Part shown: in pieces, positions 58,388-64,000 of the stretch
How the letters are laid out: every line of letters starts with the position of its first letter
How positions within the stretch are numbered: position 1 is the first letter of the stretch
From: Bdellovibrionota bacterium
Lineage (GTDB): Bacteria > Bdellovibrionota_C > UBA2361 > JBIKWN01
NCBI GenBank assembly: GCA_044356295.1
Contig: JBIKWN010000006.1
Coordinates: 7,134 to 71,133 of the forward strand
Direction: 5' to 3'
DNA length: 64,000 bases
The notes under the pieces: model-generated
The model's database searches: none
Told to the model about the DNA's origin: nothing
What the model saw: only the letters and a program-made list of their open reading frames with translations
Position numbers and translations under genes: made by a program

Positions 58388-59579
58388 AAACATAATTAAT
58401 TAAATTTTCTTCCCAGCGCTTTGCGCTTTCTGGATCATTTACGCCGTTCAAGATAATAACAACAATTTTATCCTTTTTACCCACTGTTCGCACAATACCA
58501 GCAATTGAAATAACTCCTGATAAAGACCCAGATTTACCACGAAAAAATATTTTGGGATTAAAATCCCTCGTTTTAAGAGTTCCGCTCATATTTCCAATAG
58601 ACAGAGAAGAAAGAAATTCAGAGGAAATATGTATACTACCCATAGCAAATTGTAATGTTTGGAATAATGCTTTTGGAGTTATCCGATTTTTTTCTGATAA
58701 CCCGGAACCATCGTACATTCGAACACCTTTGATGTTATGAGCTTGTAACCAAAGTTCAATACGTTTTAACCCCCGCGTAAATGAAAATAGAATTCTATCA
58801 TCCTTAGAATCTTTATTATCTGCTCCAAGTGCATATACCAAGCTATCTGCAAGCACATTTGTAGAATAGTGATTCAGATCAAAGAGGATCTTAGGAAGAG
58901 GCTCTGATAGGTGCCTATATACCAAGCGAGCATTCGTGCTAATAGATTGAAATGATATTTTAGGAGCCCCCATTCCAAGATCAAAGAGCACTTGCTTCCA
59001 AATAGATGCAAACTCCGCTTCTGGATTTTTAAGACTTTGATACTGAATGCTGCACTCATAAGGTGGATTTTTACATACTACTTTTTCTTGTGAATTGTAA
59101 TTAATTGAAGTGGCATGTGTTGTTGAATTATATGCCCTATCACCAGTTGTTTTTCGTTCTTCTTCATAGGAAGTACTATCAATTAGAAGAGTATCAACTG
59201 AGGATATACCTTGCGCTTTAAGCTTACGAACTATTTCATATACCTTTTCGGTTGTTAGAGTTGGGTCTCCTCCACCGCGAACCATGAGAACATTTTTATG
59301 ATTAATTTTTTCATAGTACATGTGAGTAAAAAATCTAAAATCATTCCCAAGTTGATCAAGAGCAACTACGGACGTGATAATTTTTTGAGTGCTGGCAGGT
59401 ATGAGCTCTTCCTCGGCAAGTGAAGCATCATCAAAATGAGCTTCATTGGAATCTGCAACAACTAAACCAACTTGAGATGCTGGAGCCTTTTTTATTAATT
59501 GCTCAACTGTTTGAGCTTCACAAACAGCTACAACACTGAAACCGATGAAAAGTACCAGTGAAATAATAGAGCGGTTCAT
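58371..59579 (-). CDS. dacB: D-alanyl-D-alanine carboxypeptidase/endopeptidase, PBP4 (DacB) family
   Basis: Signal peptide from MNRSIISLV. SxxK motif PASTQKIIT. The start is set at 59579, which gives a 1-nt overlap with the ferredoxin stop. Confidence 0.8.
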   Translation of the reverse strand: MNRSIISLVLFIGFSVVAVCEAQTVEQLIKKAPASQVGLVVADSNEAHFDDASLAEEELIPASTQKIITSVVALDQLGNDFRFFTHMYYEKINHKNVLMVRGGGDPTLTTEKVYEIVRKLKAQGISSVDTLLIDSTSYEEERKTTGDRAYNSTTHATSINYNSQEKVVCKNPPYECSIQYQSLKNPEAEFASIWKQVLFDLGMGAPKISFQSISTNARLVYRHLSEPLPKILFDLNHYSTNVLADSLVYALGADNKDSKDDRILFSFTRGLKRIELWLQAHNIKGVRMYDGSGLSEKNRITPKALFQTLQFAMGSIHISSEFLSSLSIGNMSGTLKTRDFNPKIFFRGKSGSLSGVISIAGIVRTVGKKDKIVVIILNGVNDPESAKRWEENLINYVYEKNS

Positions 59580-59929
59580 TAACCTTTTGATGTGCAACGG
59601 CACTCATCCAATTCTGCGTCAGAGAGCTGTGCTGTTTCTTCAAGATTATATTCAATAAAGACAGTTAGATCCGATGGCACTCCTGAATCTTCATAGATAG
59701 CTTCAACTGGACATTCTGTTTCACACGCACCGCACGTAATACACTCATCGGGATTAATCATGAGCATGTCTGTATCGTTGTCAGATTTTGGATTGATACC
59801 GAAATCCTTATTATAATTTCTCTTCTTTTTTTTGCTCTTTCCAATATCGTAGAAACAATCAACAGGACACACTTCAACACAGGAACGATCTTTAGTACCA
59901 ATACAAGGTTTTGTAACTACGTAAGCCAT
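59579..59929 (-). CDS. fdxA: 7Fe-type ferredoxin (FdxA-like) with a lysine-rich insertion
   Basis: [26 protein letters not shown] and [19 protein letters not shown], separated by a roughly 30-aa K-rich insert. Confidence 0.8.
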   Translation of the reverse strand: MAYVVTKPCIGTKDRSCVEVCPVDCFYDIGKSKKKKRNYNKDFGINPKSDNDTDMLMINPDECITCGACETECPVEAIYEDSGVPSDLTVFIEYNLEETAQLSDAELDECRCTSKG

Positions 59930-60290
59930 TTCAAATTTATTTATAAATTAAAGAAAAATTTCGGAGTAAGAATATCAGGGTCGAGCAAAAGAAAAAAGGG
60001 ACGCCTCTTTAAACTAAAAGAGAACGCCCCCACTCGCAGAAAGGATGGTGTGTCATGCCTTATGAAGTTCACTTCGACCTATTAGGCTGATGTCTGTATG
60101 CTTTGAGCCTAAAATTTATAATTTTTTTTGTCATAAAACTTGAGGAAAATCTTTGGTTTTTTATTCAATAATTTCAATATGTTACAAATCTATTATTTAA
60201 AGCCAGTTCCTTTTTCTTCTGGTGAATCCTCTTAAAACATCAGAGAATCACACTTCGTACTATCAAACTTCCCATTGGAGATTTTAATCT

Positions 60291-61064
60291 ATGAAAAAAA
60301 CCATCCTAAGCCTTGTTGCACTTGCTTCTTTGGCATTTATGTCAACTGGTTGTGCAAAACCACAACTTGATGCTCGTGCAGAAGCTGGTCGACCTGCCTC
60401 AGCGGAAGTATCACTTATCTCAATTCCATATAATCCTTCGATGCCTAAATTTGTTTTAGTTGTTGAACCTTTTACGACAAGCTCAACAGTTTACAGCTTT
60501 ACTTCAGGAGAAGCAGGACAAGTTCCAGTTGGAGATAAAATGGCTGCTCAGTTAATAACTGCACTTTCAAGAGTTGGAAACTTTGTTCTGTACGATAGTC
60601 GCTCTGCTAATAAAATCACTTTAAGAAAAGGCGAAAAGGGCCCTTTCTTAGTCAAAGCAACTCTTACTGAGTTCAATGAAAACGCAGAAGCATCTGAAGA
60701 AGATAATGGAGTTTCCCTTGGTGGAGTTGGAGCTGTACTAGGTATTGCAGGTGCAGTTTCAAGCAGACCTGGTCTTATGTGGACAGGAGCTGGGCTTGCA
60801 GCAGCTAATCCTACTTACGAAAACTCACAAGCTGAGCGTAAAGGTATGGTAGCTTTTGATGTGCAACTTACCGAGAAAGGAAGTGGAAGAATTGTGGGTT
60901 CTTTTGAAGCATCAGGGACATTCAAAGCTCAAAGTGCTGTTAGTGGTATGAGCCTATTTGGTATTGGAAACCGCAAAGCTCAATTTGCTTCAAGTGCGAT
61001 TGGGCAAGCTCTGCGTGTTGCAATGAACGACGCAGTGCAACATACCGTTGATACATTGCGCTAA
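60291..61064 (+). CDS. Lipoprotein, possibly of the CsgG/LpoB-like periplasmic family
   Basis: Lipobox MSTGC. Glycine-zipper segment GGVGAVLGIAGAVSS. The family assignment is uncertain. Confidence 0.5.
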   Translation: MKKTILSLVALASLAFMSTGCAKPQLDARAEAGRPASAEVSLISIPYNPSMPKFVLVVEPFTTSSTVYSFTSGEAGQVPVGDKMAAQLITALSRVGNFVLYDSRSANKITLRKGEKGPFLVKATLTEFNENAEASEEDNGVSLGGVGAVLGIAGAVSSRPGLMWTGAGLAAANPTYENSQAERKGMVAFDVQLTEKGSGRIVGSFEASGTFKAQSAVSGMSLFGIGNRKAQFASSAIGQALRVAMNDAVQHTVDTLR

Positions 61065-61074
61065 ATCAACCGTT

Positions 61075-61145
61075 AAATGCTGATTTATTCAGCATTTATT
61101 TGCTTTTGGGAGGAGATGACTTTGTCGTCTCCTCCCTTTATAATT
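61075..61145 (+). terminator. Two tandem hairpins after the lipoprotein gene
   Basis: First hairpin aaatgctga tttatt tcagcattt. Second hairpin gggaggaga...tctcctccc, followed by tttataattt. Confidence 0.55.
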
Positions 61146-61150
61146 TCTGA

Positions 61151-62023
61151 ATGCCAGATAAATTAATCAAAGTTGATGCCTGCGACGATGGTGTTGAACA
61201 TCATTACGAACTCATTCAAGAAATAGCGCACGTACAAACTGCCCGTCAAAAAATTGAGATTGATAATTTTAAACGTTTCGGAGTTGGTGTTTGGATTGAT
61301 GGCTGGCCTCAGTGTGCTGAATTTGATTCAGACCGTTATCACGAAGCACTTGTACATCCTTCCTTAATTCACCGAGCTAGCAGTTCAACTCCATTTACTG
61401 CTTGTATTTTAGGTGGTGGTGATTTTGGAGTAGTCAATCAATTAGTTAAATATAAAAATTTGCAATCTGCTCATATGATTGATTGGGATTTAGAATTTAT
61501 TGAACTAACAAAAAAACATCTTACGCCAATCCATCATGATTCATGGAAAGATCCTCGTGTTACTGTTGAAACAAAAAATCCAGATGTCTTTCAATTTTTC
61601 GAAGTCAACAAAGAGCAGTTTGATATTGTATTTGGAGATTTAACTGATCTGACTTCAATGGGCTCTGGGGTAAAAAGTTTTATTGAGCAGATTAAAACTC
61701 TTGTAAAAAGTGATGGTGTATTTGTGTCTCAAAGCTCGGAATATCCAACAATGCCCAGCCAATACGAGGAATTTATCTCAATGGTGAAAATGGTAGGTTC
61801 TATTTTTAAGAAAGTCTGGATTTATAAAACATATGTCCCCTCTTTTGCCTATGAGCAGGCTTTTATTCTTGGGACTGATTCATTAACCTTTAATCCTCTC
61901 GCATCCTCTGCTTCTGTGATTGATGAGAATATTTCAGCCTTGAATAAGCCCCTGACTGAGTATTCTGGTGCAATTCATCACGGAATGTTTGCACTGCCTC
62001 CATCCCTTACATCTCGACTTTAA
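61151..62023 (+). CDS. Spermidine synthase-like aminopropyltransferase-fold protein
   Basis: CILGGGDFGVVNQLVKY and FDIVFGDLTDL resemble the SpeE GGGDGG and D-h-DSTDP motifs. Confidence 0.65.
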   Translation: MPDKLIKVDACDDGVEHHYELIQEIAHVQTARQKIEIDNFKRFGVGVWIDGWPQCAEFDSDRYHEALVHPSLIHRASSSTPFTACILGGGDFGVVNQLVKYKNLQSAHMIDWDLEFIELTKKHLTPIHHDSWKDPRVTVETKNPDVFQFFEVNKEQFDIVFGDLTDLTSMGSGVKSFIEQIKTLVKSDGVFVSQSSEYPTMPSQYEEFISMVKMVGSIFKKVWIYKTYVPSFAYEQAFILGTDSLTFNPLASSASVIDENISALNKPLTEYSGAIHHGMFALPPSLTSRL

Positions 62024-62065
62024 AGCTAGTTTCGAATAGCATAAGAGTCTTCAGTTCAGTTCTAA

Positions 62066-62138
62066 GGCCCGGTAGCCAAGTGGCTAAGGCAGCGGTTTGC
62101 AAAACCGTCACGCGCCGGTTCGACTCCGGCCCGGGCCT
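62066..62138 (+). tRNA. tRNA-Cys (anticodon GCA)
   Basis: Acceptor ggcccgg/ccgggcc. Anticodon stem gcggt/accgt with loop tTGCAaa. T-arm gccgg-ttcgact-ccggc. Discriminator t. Very close to the E. coli tRNA-Cys arms. Confidence 0.9.
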
Positions 62139-62281
62139 ATTTCTTTTGTTTTTCTTACTATATTTTGTCCCGGGACGGAGGCGAACCTGCATTGCCGTAT
62201 GGCAATGCAAAATAACACTGTGACTCCGGATTACTGCGGAGCAGTAATTTTACCCGGGCCTATTTCTTTCAAAATGATTGT
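62130..62281. repeat. 17-nt direct repeat of the tRNA-Cys 3' end (cccgggcctatttcttt) at 62130-62146 and 62253-62269, with a degenerate tRNA-like segment between
   Basis: The second copy is preceded by gactccgg (a T-arm half) and a 19-nt palindrome attactgcggagcagtaat. Confidence 0.55.
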
Positions 62282-62299
62282 TGCCCCTGAGTTTCTAAT

Positions 62300-63442
62300 T
62301 TGATGTACTTTGAAGTCATGAAAAAAATTCCACTCTATTGTACTTTGTTCCTTCTATTAATTACCTCCTCAATCGCGCATTCGCAAACAGTACTCTGCGC
62401 CAGGAAAACAAATGGAATAATTACATTAAGAAATAAAAAATGTACTTCTAAAGAAACGAAAATCAGTAAGTTATCCCAGCTTAAAGGTGAAACTGGATCT
62501 GCTGGTACTAATGGCACAAATGGAACCGATGGCGATATTAAAGTTTGGGGCGACGGCTCTGCTGGATCTGTTACTTTTTCTTCATCGTATTCTGATAGCA
62601 ATCCACAATTTACTAATATTACTTTTGAATCAGGATCTGCTTTTGCCAGTGGAGCTGTAATTCGAGCAACTGGTACATGTACAATCAATGGTGCTATTAG
62701 TATCGAAAATAGTGGTTTTGGCGGACGTTATGAAACAATTACAGCTACGACTCTGAGCCCAGCGACCAGATTATCAACAACAGGAGTTTCCTTTACCAAC
62801 GCAGGTTTTGGTGAATTTGGAACAAACGCAAATACTTTATCCGCAGGCAGATTTGGCATCGGATTATCTCCTGCTGAACTAACTTCGCTAAAAATAACTT
62901 CTGGTCATAGTTCTGGAGGAGCTGGCGGCCCTGGATATCTAGCTTCTGCTGGTGCAGCAGGTGGTGCATTTGCGCTTTATTGCAAGCTTGGAATTGTGAT
63001 TAACGCTTCAGGCTCTATAACCGCAAACGGGGGTAGTTCTGCTGGCGCTGTTGGTGGTGGTGGTGGTGGCGCTGGTGGCTTTATTTTTCTGGCATCATCG
63101 GGTTCTATAGTTAATTCAGGAACCATTAGCGCAAATGGTGGCGATGGCGGAGCTTCATCAACAAGAATAGGTGCTGGAGGAGGTGGCTCTGGAGGTGTTG
63201 TTAGAGCAATTGCCCCTGTCATTACGATTGGAACAACATCAGTCACTGGAGGAACCGCAGGCTCTAATTTAAGCCCTGTCACATCCAGCCCTAGAGTTGG
63301 TGGTAGCGGAGGCGGTGGGTTTGGTGGCGACGGAGGTTTAGGTGGCGCAGTATCCTCAGATAATATGGCATTTCCAGCAGGAAGTGGTGCAAGCGGGGCT
63401 GTAATTACTACGATTGCTGATCCTACATCACTAATATTCTAA
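62300..63442 (+). CDS. Secreted glycine-rich protein with a short collagen-like G-x-x run and a Gly/Ser/Ala-rich beta-helix-like body
   Basis: Signal peptide LYCTLFLLLITSSIAHSQT. GETGSAGTNGTNGTDGD. Long GGxGG tracts. Confidence 0.6.
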   Translation: MMYFEVMKKIPLYCTLFLLLITSSIAHSQTVLCARKTNGIITLRNKKCTSKETKISKLSQLKGETGSAGTNGTNGTDGDIKVWGDGSAGSVTFSSSYSDSNPQFTNITFESGSAFASGAVIRATGTCTINGAISIENSGFGGRYETITATTLSPATRLSTTGVSFTNAGFGEFGTNANTLSAGRFGIGLSPAELTSLKITSGHSSGGAGGPGYLASAGAAGGAFALYCKLGIVINASGSITANGGSSAGAVGGGGGGAGGFIFLASSGSIVNSGTISANGGDGGASSTRIGAGGGGSGGVVRAIAPVITIGTTSVTGGTAGSNLSPVTSSPRVGGSGGGGFGGDGGLGGAVSSDNMAFPAGSGASGAVITTIADPTSLIF

Positions 63443-63552
63443 ATTAGTACTTTATAAAAATTAAAAAAGCCTCTTTGCTATTTAAGCTTAAACAATTACT
63501 GTTTTAAAGTAGTTACTCTCATTAAAAGAACATTACCTTTTTGGAGCTCTTT

Positions 63553-64000
63553 ATGAATACATCTCAAACTACAACAGGAATTTGTTGTCCATTAACTGGT
63601 TTTAATTTTTTTCTTAATCGAGAATTTATAACCGGATCTTTGGTAATGGTAATTTGGTCAAATCTTTTTTCTTTTTTTTGGCATTCAAAAATAATGGGTG
63701 AAGCATATCAAGCTACTGCTTCGCTTTGGAGGGGTCCTCAAGATATGGATACGCTGGCTCTGAACTCAGGGATTAGCCTTATGGCAATCATCGCAACATA
63801 TATCTTTATGAAAGGTTATGAGGGTACAGGATGGAGAGAAGGTTTGCGTTTTGGAATTTTAATCTCTTTGCTTTTTCTTGGTATGGGATTGATTACTTTT
63901 GCTACTCAACCAATGCCAGCGGATATAATTAAAATGTGGGGACTAGGTGATTTAATTATGTTCTCTGTTGGAGGAATTATCTTGAGCACTATGGTAAAAA
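63553..64000 (+). CDS. Hypothetical membrane protein; C-terminus runs beyond the window
   Basis: ATG at 63553 opens a frame that stays open to position 64000. At least two hydrophobic segments. It is absent from the track because it has no stop inside the window. Confidence 0.45.
   Translation, partial: MNTSQTTTGICCPLTGFNFFLNREFITGSLVMVIWSNLFSFFWHSKIMGEAYQATASLWRGPQDMDTLALNSGISLMAIIATYIFMKGYEGTGWREGLRFGILISLLFLGMGLITFATQPMPADIIKMWGLGDLIMFSVGGIILSTMVK

Noticed and set aside
62977-63282. Pro-rich (PPPP) 101-aa ORF on the minus strand
   Set aside because: Antisense of GGN-rich codons in the glycine-rich secreted protein. Not an independent gene.
1-64000. CRISPR arrays
   Set aside because: No run of 3 or more regularly spaced identical repeats was seen. 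All repeat families found have only two copies or tandem tRNA-fragment structure.

Overview
AT-rich bacterial chromosomal window (GC not computed; roughly 35-40% by eye), read on both strands. Most of it is housekeeping: polA, efp, rplU-rpmA-obg-rsfS, gpmI, gltA, PDH-type E1 alpha/beta, hppA, kup, nuoA, tRNA-Arg(TCT) and tRNA-Cys(GCA). There are also many secreted hydrolases (two EEP nucleases, an M12B-like metalloprotease, an M23 peptidase, PBP4/DacB and MltD). Together with the codon bias these suggest a Bdellovibrio-like predatory deltaproteobacterium, but that is inference only.

Observations worth a second look, in rough order of interest:
- A 1.8-kb islet bounded by ~42-bp imperfect direct repeats (15129-15170 and 16996-17038). 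It carries a small secreted protein plus a tightly linked two-gene cassette of unknown function that could be a toxin-antitoxin or defence module.
- A 615-aa flagellin whose central region is replaced by about seven FG-GAP propeller repeats, with a sigma-28-like promoter and a TTG start.
- A ~130-bp palindromic MITE/REP-like element present in two copies, and a second hairpin-repeat family at two loci.
- Partial 3'-end duplications next to both tRNA genes, resembling att-site scars.
- A toxin-antitoxin pair whose RelE/ParE toxin carries an internal deletion.
- A frameshifted TMEM175/DUF1211-like channel gene.
- A DEAD-box-type protein that has only the C-terminal RecA-like domain plus a DbpA-like RNA-binding domain, with degenerate motifs.
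- An orphan GroES-like gene.
- A pair of polar proteins without Sec signals next to a palindromic element.

All coordinates were derived by hand from the sequence and the ORF track. No database searches were run.
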